A stretch of 32,000 nt of DNA, from NCBI GenBank assembly GCA_963692945.1, contig OY843585.1, forward strand, positions 1 through 32,000, given 5' to 3'. Position numbers and translations under genes: made by a program. Each line of letters begins with the position of its first letter. The stretch's first letter is position 1. Of this stretch, positions 8,885-17,975 are shown piece by piece. This DNA is from Bdellovibrionales bacterium (lineage in GTDB: Bacteria; Bdellovibrionota; Bdellovibrionia; Bdellovibrionales; UBA1609). Under the pieces are notes generated by a model. That model was given only the letters and a program-made list of their open reading frames with translations. It did not search any database and was not told the DNA's origin.

Positions 8885-11118
8885 TAGAAGTGATTCCTAT
8901 ACAATGTATAAAATTTTAATGTCGTTGAGTACAGTGACCCTTTAGTAATATGAAATGGCTCGTCCTTATGATTTATATGCCAATCAAAAAATTTAAGAGA
9001 AGAGAAAGTCTGACCTTCTTCTTGAAGAAAAGGAATAGATCCTGTTTTAAAACTATACATAAGAAAAGACCTGGATTGAGAGCTCTCTCTGATATACGGT
9101 ATAGACTGAACGATCTGATCAGAAAACTTTTTAACAACTTGAAAAACCTCCTGACTCTCTAAACGAACATCTCTATTTCTATCGTTAAGATGAAATTGCA
9201 CTTCTAACATTTGTATAATTAGAAACACATCCATTAAGTCAGATGGTTTGGTTAGAGCCGATCTACCCTTCAATAATTTTTTTGTACTTAACTGATATTC
9301 ATTGGAATCATAGTTAGTTAAATAACTTTGCAGCCTTGGAAAAGGTTTCATAATGTCTTTCTCAAAAAGATGATCTCCTACACAGGAGACTTCTAGAACA
9401 TCAGAGCAAGACTGAATCAGTTTATTATAAGCATACTGACTGTTTTCTCTAGCAGACATAATATGTACAATTAAATCTAAAACTTCCTTACTATCTAATG
9501 ATTTATCACTATTAGAAGAGTTTAAAAAATGATCGGCATAATCAAAAAGACCTATAAGCTGTTTTCTTAAAGAAAAATCATAACCTTCTTTTTCAAAAGC
9601 CAATAAAACAGGTAACACCTCATCAACAACACTCTTCCAATCTTTTGAAGAAAGATTATAAACTTTTCCTTCTTTTTTATAAGGAGTTAAAAATAAATCC
9701 GATAGAAAGCGATAATTTAAAAGGCGGTAAGGCAATGCCCGATAAGTTGTAGGAGAAGAAAAGAAAGTATAAAAAAGGATACGAGAATCCCCTTCTACTT
9801 CTCCAAAAGAAGACTCAAGCCAATGATCAAACTTATAAAAATCAGAAACAGGTTTGATTTGATGTTGAAACAAACGTTCGTAACCTACAACATAGTCTGA
9901 AAGCCAGTTTTGAATGGATTCTAACTGAGAAGGTGTCACTTCAAAATCAACTCCTTGATTAGGCAACCATTTTTGTTGATCTCGGTAAAACTGAAAAGTT
10001 CCATCTGGAAAATGATACTCTATAGATAAAAAGTTTCTCTGCCCCACTTTGTAAGAACAATCCTTTGAATGTTTTGTCTTGAACACAAAACAAACTAAAC
10101 TTCTTGTAAATAATGGAATAGGGTTTGCTTTTTTGTTTGTAAAAATACGAAGATTATCAAACTGTTGAACTTGGTCTTTTGATAAAGAAACCATAATGGA
10201 TAACATCTCATCTATATTTTTAATAGGAAATCCTCTTTTTTGTGGAGAAGACTCTACAAAAGATAAAGAAGAAACAAAGTATTCTAAACTCTTTAGAACC
10301 CTAGCTAAAATTTCTGGCTGAGAAAGATTTTGTTCTAAGGCATATCTTTTATAATAAAGAAACATAGATATCATTTTATGAGAAGATTTGAAGAAATAAT
10401 CCCAACTACTCTCTTTTATAAAAGTCTTTGGAAGTAAAAAACCTTTCACCCATAATTTTAAAAATTGAGCATACTTCTTCCAACCAGGAGTGCTCTGATT
10501 GTAGTCCTCTAAATAACTGAATAAATGGTCAAGATCACTCACACGATAGGTGACCCCTTTTTCCTGATAAGACTGACTTAAAAATCTAAATGCTTCTTCC
10601 AGTTTTGATAAAGTAAATTGAAACTCTTTTTCAGAAACCTCACCCCTCTGTTCTGGATGAAGTATTTTATTTATTACTCCTATCCTCTTATGAATAATAT
10701 AATAAAAATCAGCATAAACATTAACAAGTTCATAAATAGTTTTTAACTCTTCATCTCTTAATTGTTGTCGCTCACCACCAACAATAAGATGTTTGATTAA
10801 AAATAGGTTATCTACTAAATCTTGAGAAAGATCTTTTTCCAATTCAAAATGAACATGAAACATTTTGAACATCTCTTTTTTTGTAAAATAATCTCGAGAA
10901 GGATCATGTATGAAAATTTTATTTACAACAATCAATTCTAAAGAATCGTGAACACAACGAAAAAACCTCTCCTGTTTTTCCAACTTAAGCTGTCCTGTTT
11001 TTAAATAAGGGTAGTAACTCTTCATTTCTTTTAAACAGGTTGAATTCTCTATAAGTCCAAAAACAGGAAAAGAAAAACTTATAAGAAAAAATATAGAAAA
11101 TAGGACTTTAAAAAACAT
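8884..11118 (-). CDS. Large secreted protein of unknown function with two EF-hand-like loops; long paralogue of the 6247-7512 product
   Basis: The longest ORF starts at the GTG at 11127. The ATG at 11118 gives MFFKVLFSIFFLISFSFPVFG and reproduces exactly the 11-nt overlap and MFFK start of the paralogous junction at 7512. Loops are SSNSDKSLDSKE and DRNRDVRLESQE. Confidence 0.8.
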   Translation of the reverse strand: MFFKVLFSIFFLISFSFPVFGLIENSTCLKEMKSYYPYLKTGQLKLEKQERFFRCVHDSLELIVVNKIFIHDPSRDYFTKKEMFKMFHVHFELEKDLSQDLVDNLFLIKHLIVGGERQQLRDEELKTIYELVNVYADFYYIIHKRIGVINKILHPEQRGEVSEKEFQFTLSKLEEAFRFLSQSYQEKGVTYRVSDLDHLFSYLEDYNQSTPGWKKYAQFLKLWVKGFLLPKTFIKESSWDYFFKSSHKMISMFLYYKRYALEQNLSQPEILARVLKSLEYFVSSLSFVESSPQKRGFPIKNIDEMLSIMVSLSKDQVQQFDNLRIFTNKKANPIPLFTRSLVCFVFKTKHSKDCSYKVGQRNFLSIEYHFPDGTFQFYRDQQKWLPNQGVDFEVTPSQLESIQNWLSDYVVGYERLFQHQIKPVSDFYKFDHWLESSFGEVEGDSRILFYTFFSSPTTYRALPYRLLNYRFLSDLFLTPYKKEGKVYNLSSKDWKSVVDEVLPVLLAFEKEGYDFSLRKQLIGLFDYADHFLNSSNSDKSLDSKEVLDLIVHIMSARENSQYAYNKLIQSCSDVLEVSCVGDHLFEKDIMKPFPRLQSYLTNYDSNEYQLSTKKLLKGRSALTKPSDLMDVFLIIQMLEVQFHLNDRNRDVRLESQEVFQVVKKFSDQIVQSIPYIRESSQSRSFLMYSFKTGSIPFLQEEGQTFSSLKFFDWHINHKDEPFHITKGSLYSTTLKFYTLYRNHF

Positions 11119-12487
11119 ACTTAACACCTAAAAGTAACCGTGAAAGATCTCTATATTTACTAATTAAAGAAGTTCCATTTTCAATAGTTTCATCTGAAAA
11201 TCTAAACAAAACATCTCCAGAAATATAAACTTGAAAGTTAGGAGTCATATTAAAAAAAGCATCTAAAATAGTAGCATAAATTTGATTATCTAAAGCATAA
11301 TTGAGTCTAAAATTAAATTGCAATCCAGAAAATAAAGCCGCTGTCCAGTATTCCATAGACCAACTCAAGGCATGTTTCCAATCAAAACCTGTCCCAAAGA
11401 TAACTTCTAAATCTTCTGTAACAATATTACTCGATTCCACATCATTCTCACTCTCAAAATTTTTGATATACCCCAAAGTGAAAACAGTTTTTTCTACCTC
11501 TTTTATTTCCTCTTTAAAATACACTAAAAAACTTGTTATTAAACTAGGTTCAAAACTATCTGTAACCCAATCTTTTTTGATCGTTAATTTGTCAGGTCTT
11601 TCATAAAATAAAGAAGCAAATATAGAAAGATTATCATTTAGATCCATTTCTGATTCAATAGTAAATAAGTGATGCCTAACTGTACCGTAATCTAAACCTT
11701 TGACAGTTATTTTTGAGGAATCCGTTTCAGAAAGACTTATACCTCCAGTTTGCACAAAAAATTGCAGCTGATTTTTAGGCTTGTAAGTATAAGACAAAAA
11801 AATCTCTGAGTAAGACAATTTATGATAAACTTGAACGGCCAACATAGGTTGAAGGAAAGACAAGAAATCAAAAGATCGTAATTGATCCACATCCCATTTA
11901 ACATTTTTCAAACTAGCATTAGAAAAATAAGGATTCTCAGAAGTGACAACTCCATCTTTTATCTCTGGATAAATAATCACATCTGGTAAATAAAAATAAG
12001 AAAAATAGAAAGTAAGGGAAGTATTAGGAGAAGGGAAATAATCCAAATACACACCGGGAAGACTTGTTTGTAGAGGACGGAAGGCATCTAATAAATAACG
12101 AGGCTGCCACAGTCCTAAATTCCAATATCTATCTGATTCATTCCAAACAAAATCTCTAAAACCTAAAACAAGATTTAATTGATTTTTAACGACAGGCAAA
12201 ATAACAGAGAGTTCTCCAAAACGATAATAATGTTTTTTTTCAAAAAAAGAATAACGATAGCCAACATCTATATCAATTTTAGAGTTGTGATACTCCCATT
12301 TTCCACCGACAAAACTAGAGTATCTATTCTCAAAAAAGTAAGAAAAATGAAAGTCAAATTCTAAATAATTTTTTTGCTCCGTATCTTTAAAAAGCACCCA
12401 TGGATAAGATATTCCTATCTGTGGAATAAGCAAAAAAGCAATACAAAACCATTTTATAAAAACCTTATTTTTCATCTTTTTGACCAT
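11108..12487 (-). CDS. Predicted outer-membrane beta-barrel protein, family not recognised (module A)
   Basis: The signal peptide is within MVKKMKNKVFIKWFCIAFLLIPQIGIS. The composition is beta-strand rich and the C-terminus is ...LLLGVKYVF. It is a paralogue of 7502-8884. Confidence 0.8.
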   Translation of the reverse strand: MVKKMKNKVFIKWFCIAFLLIPQIGISYPWVLFKDTEQKNYLEFDFHFSYFFENRYSSFVGGKWEYHNSKIDIDVGYRYSFFEKKHYYRFGELSVILPVVKNQLNLVLGFRDFVWNESDRYWNLGLWQPRYLLDAFRPLQTSLPGVYLDYFPSPNTSLTFYFSYFYLPDVIIYPEIKDGVVTSENPYFSNASLKNVKWDVDQLRSFDFLSFLQPMLAVQVYHKLSYSEIFLSYTYKPKNQLQFFVQTGGISLSETDSSKITVKGLDYGTVRHHLFTIESEMDLNDNLSIFASLFYERPDKLTIKKDWVTDSFEPSLITSFLVYFKEEIKEVEKTVFTLGYIKNFESENDVESSNIVTEDLEVIFGTGFDWKHALSWSMEYWTAALFSGLQFNFRLNYALDNQIYATILDAFFNMTPNFQVYISGDVLFRFSDETIENGTSLISKYRDLSRLLLGVKYVF

Positions 12488-12770
12488 TGAAATATAAGTT
12501 AATTTACCAAATTTTTAAGGAAAAAGATACAAAATCCAAGATTTTGAAAAACTTTCAGTAAGTATACAAAAATTGAACATTTCTTTAAACCTTTTAAATA
12601 TTTAATAAAAAAATAAAGTTTTTGAGTGATCTTAATGGGTTTTGAGTTTTAACACGCTGTCTTTTGATATTTCATACGAAAATCTAGAAACCATAAAAAT
12701 TCAGAGTCTTAATTTGACTTATTTTATAGCTAAATCTACCTTTAAAATATAAAGATTAAGGAATAAAAAA

Positions 12771-15200
12771 ATGCATGAGATCGATTCTCTAAATAATACG
12801 GCTTCCCTTGAAGACGAAGAAAAAATTTCTATAAATAAAAATCCACCCATTCTTAAAGATAAGTCTCATGATGATAGTGGCCCAAAAGTCATGAGGGTAA
12901 AAAAAAGAGACCATAGTTTTGAAGCTGTTAATGTTAATAAAATTATAAATGTTGTTTTAGCCTGCTCTTCAGGACTAAAGGAAGTGGACCCCATGAGAGT
13001 GGCTACAAAAGTAATTAGTGGTTTATATGATGGAGCTAGCACGAAAGAATTAGATCGTCTTTGCATCCGAACGGCCTCTCTTTTAATGGCTGAAGATCCC
13101 GACTACTCTAAACTTTCTGCCCGGTTGCTTGCTCGTTACATTCAAGAAGAAGTTGAAAATCAAGAAATTAACAATTTTTTTAATTCTGTTAAAAAAGCTT
13201 ATAAATCTGGTCTCGTTAGTAAAGAAAAATATGATTTTATAAGAGAAAATAAAGAAGCTCTCAATATCATTATAGATCAATCACGCACAAAAAAGTTTGA
13301 ATATTTTGGTCTTCGTACCATCTATGATCGTTACCTTCTTAAAAACCCAGAAACAAGGCAAGTTATTGAAACACCTCAATATTTTTTCCTGCGTGTGGCT
13401 TGTGGTTTAGCGGATAACTTTAAGTCTGCAAAAGAGTTTTACGAGTTGATCTCTAACTTAGACTATATGCCAAGTTCTCCAACCTTATTTAACTCCGCTT
13501 CTAATCGTTCTCAGCTTTCTTCTTGTTATCTTTTAGATTCCCCTAAAGATGACTTATCCGCTATTTATGAGAAGTACAAAGATGTTGCCCTACTTTCTAA
13601 ATTTGCTGGCGGTATCGGTCTTTCTTTTTCAAGGGTAAGAAGTCGCGGTTCTCTAATAAAAGGAACCAATGGACAATCTAACGGGATTATTCCTTTCTTA
13701 AAAACTTTAGATTCCTCAGTGGCTGCTGTGAACCAAGGTGGTCGCAGAAAGGGGGCGGCTTGTATTTATCTGGAAACATGGCATAACGACATACTCCCCT
13801 TCCTTGAATTAAGAGACAATACAGGTGATGAACAACAAAGAACCCATAACTTAAATACAGCAAATTGGATTCCTGATCTCTTTATGAAAAGAGTAGAAAA
13901 AGATGAACAGTGGTCTCTTTTTGACCCTAAAGATGTTCCCGATTTAGTGGATAGTTACGGAGAGGAATTTGAAAAAAAATACTTGCAAGCAGAAAATGAT
14001 GGTTTGGCTAAAAGTACAATTTCTGCTAGAAAACTTTACGCTAGTATGATGAAAACTCTTGCAGAAACTGGTAACGGCTGGATGAATTTTAAAGACCATA
14101 GTAATAGGAAAAGCAATCAAACTTTAAACCCAGGAAATATCATCCACTTATCCAACTTATGCACAGAAATATTAGAAGTGACCTCAGAAAAAGAAACAGC
14201 TGTCTGCAATTTAGGATCTATCAACATTGGTAATTACTATAATCATTCTACAAAAAAAGTTGAGTGGGATAAGTTAGCTAAAAATGTAAGAATAGCTACA
14301 ACTTTTCTAGATAAAGTTGTGAATATTAATTTTTACCCTATAGGTACGGCTAAAAAATCTAATAAATGTTGGAGACCTATAGGACTTGGCTTGATGGGGT
14401 TACAAGACCTCTTCTTTAAAATGGAAATACCTTTTGAAAGTGAACAAGCCCGACAACTAACTGGTAAAATACAAGAAGAAATTTATTACCATGCCTTATC
14501 TACTTCATGTGATCTTGCTAAAAAATTAGGTCCTCATGAAAACTTTCAAGAAACTAGAGCTGCGAAAGGCTTACTACAATTTGATTTATGGAACATAAAA
14601 CCCACAGATCAAAAAAGATGGGATGAACTTAAAAAACAAATTAATAAACATGGCTTAAGAAATTCTCTTACAATAGCTATTGCTCCAACAGCCACCATTG
14701 CTTCTATTGTAGGAGCCTATGAAGCCATTGAACCTCAGTTATCTAATCTATTTAAAAGAGAAACTCTTTCAGGAGAGTTTATACAAATTAATAAATATCT
14801 TGTTAGGTGTTTAAAACAAAAAAAACTATGGACTCAATCTGTACAAGATCAGCTCAAAGCCAATAATGGTTCTATTCAAAATATTCCAGAAATTCCCCAA
14901 GATATTAAATCTATTTTTAAGACGGTTTGGGAAATATCTCAAAAAACACTCATTGATATGGCTGTTGCTAGGGCTCCTTATATTGATCAAAGCCAATCTC
15001 TTAATTTATTTGTAGAAAGCCCTACTATTAACAAGCTCTCAAGTATGTATATGTATGCTTGGAAAAAAGGATTGAAAACAAGTTACTATTTACGATCACG
15101 TCCTGCAACAAATATTGCAAAAGTGACTGTAGGTCATACACAATCTAAAGAAGACCAAACGGATCTTGAGAATCCAGAAATTTGTGAGTCTTGTCAGTAA
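12771..15200 (+). CDS. nrdA: Ribonucleoside-diphosphate reductase, alpha subunit (class Ia)
   Basis: ATP-cone (VMRVKKRDHSFEAVNVNKIINVV), catalytic SNLCTEI, a C-terminal redox tail ending CESCQ, and AAGGA upstream of the ATG. Length 809 aa. Confidence 0.97.
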   Translation: MHEIDSLNNTASLEDEEKISINKNPPILKDKSHDDSGPKVMRVKKRDHSFEAVNVNKIINVVLACSSGLKEVDPMRVATKVISGLYDGASTKELDRLCIRTASLLMAEDPDYSKLSARLLARYIQEEVENQEINNFFNSVKKAYKSGLVSKEKYDFIRENKEALNIIIDQSRTKKFEYFGLRTIYDRYLLKNPETRQVIETPQYFFLRVACGLADNFKSAKEFYELISNLDYMPSSPTLFNSASNRSQLSSCYLLDSPKDDLSAIYEKYKDVALLSKFAGGIGLSFSRVRSRGSLIKGTNGQSNGIIPFLKTLDSSVAAVNQGGRRKGAACIYLETWHNDILPFLELRDNTGDEQQRTHNLNTANWIPDLFMKRVEKDEQWSLFDPKDVPDLVDSYGEEFEKKYLQAENDGLAKSTISARKLYASMMKTLAETGNGWMNFKDHSNRKSNQTLNPGNIIHLSNLCTEILEVTSEKETAVCNLGSINIGNYYNHSTKKVEWDKLAKNVRIATTFLDKVVNINFYPIGTAKKSNKCWRPIGLGLMGLQDLFFKMEIPFESEQARQLTGKIQEEIYYHALSTSCDLAKKLGPHENFQETRAAKGLLQFDLWNIKPTDQKRWDELKKQINKHGLRNSLTIAIAPTATIASIVGAYEAIEPQLSNLFKRETLSGEFIQINKYLVRCLKQKKLWTQSVQDQLKANNGSIQNIPEIPQDIKSIFKTVWEISQKTLIDMAVARAPYIDQSQSLNLFVESPTINKLSSMYMYAWKKGLKTSYYLRSRPATNIAKVTVGHTQSKEDQTDLENPEICESCQ

Positions 15201-15232
15201 ATAATTAACCAAGAGAAAGGTGGTAGAATTTT

Positions 15233-16231
15233 ATGATTTTAGATCCAGGGTTAGAGCTCACTTTGAGACCCATGAAATACCCAAATTTTTATGAAATGTA
15301 TAAAGACGCTATTAAAAACACGTGGACTGTAGATGAGGTTGACTTCTCATCTGATGTTGTAGATTTAAACACAAAATTAAATCCGAATGAAGTTTTCCTC
15401 ATTAAAAGATTGGTTGCTTTTTTTGCAACTGGAGACACCATTGTAGGAAACAATTTAGTTCTTAATCTCTATCGTCACATCAACTCTCCAGAAGCTCGTA
15501 TGTATCTAGGTCGCCAACTCTATGAAGAGATGCTTCATGTCCAATTCTACTTAACGCTTTTAGATACCTACATTCCTGATACAAACGAAAGAGCTCAAGC
15601 TTTTTCAGCTATCAATGATATTCCTTCCATTAAGAAAAAAGCCGATTTTAGTTTTAAATGGATTGATAGCATGTTTAATATGAACTCCTTAGATTCAAAA
15701 GAGAAAAAACAGCTCTTTTTAAAAAATCTCATTTGTTTTGCAGGAACTATTGAAGGACTTTTCTTTTTTGCTGCCTTTGCCTATGTCTATTTCCTTCGTT
15801 CTAAAGGATTATTAAACGGATTAGCCTCTGGAACAAATTGGGTTTTCCGAGATGAAAGTTGTCACATTGAATTTGCCTTTGCTGTGATTGATATCATTAG
15901 AAAAGAAGAACCTTATCTATTTGATAGTAATTTTAATGACAATGTTACAGCTATGTTTCAAGAAGCCATTGAGTGTGAACTATGTTTTGCTGAAGAGATT
16001 TTAGAACGAGGTGTTGGAGGCTTGAGTTTAAAAGATATGAAGTCTTACCTACAATATATCACTGATATTCGTTTAGAAAGATTGAACATTCCTGCTAAAT
16101 ACAAATCAAAAAATCCTTTTGATTTTATGGAACTTCAAGACACCCAAGAGCTCACCAATTTTTTTGAACGTAGAGTTTCTGCGTACCAAAAAGGTATAAA
16201 AGGTGAAGTTTCTTTTGATGAAAATTTTTAG
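15233..16231 (+). CDS. nrdB: Ribonucleoside-diphosphate reductase, beta subunit (class Ia, radical Tyr retained)
   Basis: Di-iron ligand motifs FFATGDTIV, EEMLHVQFY (Tyr four residues after His, the radical position) and EGLFFFAAFA...RDESCHIEF. It lies 32 nt downstream of nrdA, behind AAAGGTGG. Confidence 0.95.
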   Translation: MILDPGLELTLRPMKYPNFYEMYKDAIKNTWTVDEVDFSSDVVDLNTKLNPNEVFLIKRLVAFFATGDTIVGNNLVLNLYRHINSPEARMYLGRQLYEEMLHVQFYLTLLDTYIPDTNERAQAFSAINDIPSIKKKADFSFKWIDSMFNMNSLDSKEKKQLFLKNLICFAGTIEGLFFFAAFAYVYFLRSKGLLNGLASGTNWVFRDESCHIEFAFAVIDIIRKEEPYLFDSNFNDNVTAMFQEAIECELCFAEEILERGVGGLSLKDMKSYLQYITDIRLERLNIPAKYKSKNPFDFMELQDTQELTNFFERRVSAYQKGIKGEVSFDENF

Positions 16232-16269
16232 ATGAGATCCTATTAAAGCCTTCAAACAAATGAAGTCAC

Positions 16270-17340
16270 TCATGAAAGTTTAAAGCCTTTAGGTTCTTTG
16301 TTATATACAAAGTAAGCATAACTAGCACTCACTAAAATAAGAAAAAGACTCAACCATTGCCCTCTTGTAAGGTGCAAGAATTGATAACCTATTGCCGCAT
16401 CTGGCATCCTAAAAAATTCTGTAAAAATACGACCTACAAGATAACTTACAACCCAAACTAGAGAGATGACACCAGCCTTTCTTGGTTTCAACCATACAAG
16501 ACACACCAGAAGAAAAGGGATAAAACCACCAAAAAAAGACTGATAAAACTGAGAAGGATGACGAAGAAAAAGAACCGATTCAAGAATGGCTCTCACATTA
16601 GGTTCTTTAGACATATCTATAATGAGATTACAAATATAAGATATCCTTCCTTTATAGAAAGGATCTTCCACAGCTTTACGGACCCATTCCTCCCAGACAT
16701 AAGGGCTAGGTATTTGTATCTTTAGATTGGATAAACCACTAAAAGTAGGTAATACCTGTTTTAAAGAAATCAATTCTTTTTGATACTCACCAGCTCTTTC
16801 CACCCATAAAAAGATCTCACTTGGAAATTTCACTCCTAATAGGGCTTTTTTTTCTATAATTCTCCCAAACAGTTCTCCATTGATAAAGTTTGATATACGA
16901 CCCAAAAATATCCCTACAGAACCTCCTATAGCGGCTAAATCCATAAGAGAATAAAAAGATATCTTATGATAACGACCATAGAACCATTGAGATACAATAA
17001 GCCCTAAAATACCTCCATGACTAGACATCCCACCTTGATGCACTTTCAAAATACCCAAAAAAGGAAAAGAACTATCTATATCTATAAATAAAGAAGGGCT
17101 ATAAAAAAGACCATAACCTAATCGCCCTCCGAGAATAGCACCCATAGCCCCATAAGTTACAACATCTATAATTTTAACTTCGGGAATAAATAGCCTGCCC
17201 CTTCTCACAAAATAAAAGGCTAAAAAGTAAGTCGCTATAATTCCACAAAGGTAAGCCAACGAATACCAACGAATACCAAAGTTTTCTGTAAACTGAATTA
17301 AAAAAGGATCTAATTGATGATAGTATAACCACTGAACCAT
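16270..17340 (-). CDS. lgt: Prolipoprotein diacylglyceryl transferase with an enlarged periplasmic insert
   Basis: Motifs QGGMSSHGGILG, GRISNFINGELFGR and RHPSQFYQSFFGG. The ORF track starts at the TTG at 17379. The ATG at 17340 (MVQWLYYHQLDPFLIQF) aligns with the E. coli Lgt N-terminus (..HFPEFDPVIF), so I use 17340. Confidence 0.9.
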   Translation of the reverse strand: MVQWLYYHQLDPFLIQFTENFGIRWYSLAYLCGIIATYFLAFYFVRRGRLFIPEVKIIDVVTYGAMGAILGGRLGYGLFYSPSLFIDIDSSFPFLGILKVHQGGMSSHGGILGLIVSQWFYGRYHKISFYSLMDLAAIGGSVGIFLGRISNFINGELFGRIIEKKALLGVKFPSEIFLWVERAGEYQKELISLKQVLPTFSGLSNLKIQIPSPYVWEEWVRKAVEDPFYKGRISYICNLIIDMSKEPNVRAILESVLFLRHPSQFYQSFFGGFIPFLLVCLVWLKPRKAGVISLVWVVSYLVGRIFTEFFRMPDAAIGYQFLHLTRGQWLSLFLILVSASYAYFVYNKEPKGFKLS

Positions 17341-17387
17341 GACTGTATTGAATTTACTATTTAGATATCTTAAAAACAAGTAGGTCC

Positions 17388-17975
17388 ATGAATATTATAC
17401 TAGCAAGTCAATCCCCCAACAGACAAAGCCTTTTAAAACAGGCTAATATAAAATTTCAAAGTTGGACACCAAATATAAAAGAGGAAAAATATCTGAATGA
17501 CAAAGATAACCCTCAACATATATGTCTTAAAATAGCTCAAGCAAAATCTTTAAAAGCCTCTAAAATTTATCATGGATCTATAATTATTGCCTCTGATCAA
17601 TTAGCCTACTTGGATGGAAAATTTTATGGAAAAGCTTTGAGTATTGAAAAAGCCTGCCAAACTCTATTAGATCTCCAAGGGAAAACTCACGACCTTATAA
17701 CAAGCCTCCATATGTGTTATAAAGAAAAAACTTTCTCTCATATCTCCGTAAGTAAAATGAGCATGAGACACTTAAACCTTAAACAAATTGAAAAATATGT
17801 ATCTCTAGATAAGCCTTTAAATTGTGCCGGTTCCTATCATATAGAATCTTTAGGTATTGGTCTTTTTGAAAAAATAGAAACAGATGACTTTAACTCTATT
17901 ATTGGATTACCTTTAACCGCTTTAATCAATCAATTGATTCTTTGGAAATACCCTTATCTTAATCAATCTCTATAA
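17388..17975 (+). CDS. maf: Maf-family nucleoside triphosphate pyrophosphatase
   Basis: MNIILASQSPNRQSLLKQ matches the Maf ILAS.SPRR..LL N-terminus. Length 195 aa. Confidence 0.9.
   Translation: MNIILASQSPNRQSLLKQANIKFQSWTPNIKEEKYLNDKDNPQHICLKIAQAKSLKASKIYHGSIIIASDQLAYLDGKFYGKALSIEKACQTLLDLQGKTHDLITSLHMCYKEKTFSHISVSKMSMRHLNLKQIEKYVSLDKPLNCAGSYHIESLGIGLFEKIETDDFNSIIGLPLTALINQLILWKYPYLNQSL

Noticed and set aside
11107-11118. Programmed +1 frameshift at TTT TAA A fusing each barrel to its downstream partner (also at 7501-7512)
   Set aside because: Each downstream gene has its own ATG followed by a full signal peptide (MFFK...). The barrels also end in the C-terminal Phe that normally must be free for outer-membrane insertion. 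Termination-reinitiation coupling is the simpler explanation. It would only be worth testing if fusion peptides were seen by proteomics.
12488-12770. NrdR boxes or a cobalamin riboswitch in the nrdA leader
   Set aside because: I could not find a pair of NrdR-type palindromic boxes or a GC-rich B12-box-like core. The only regularity is a direct repeat GTTTT(T)GAGT at 12618-12627 and 12639-12647, which is too short to call in AT-rich sequence.
17341-17387. Apparent 8-nt head-to-head spacing of lgt and maf, which would imply promoters buried in coding sequence
   Set aside because: This is an artefact of the longest-ORF call. The first codon at 17379 is TTG, and the 13 extra residues have no counterpart in Lgt. 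The ATG at 17340 matches the Lgt N-terminus and leaves an ordinary, if short, 47-nt divergent region.
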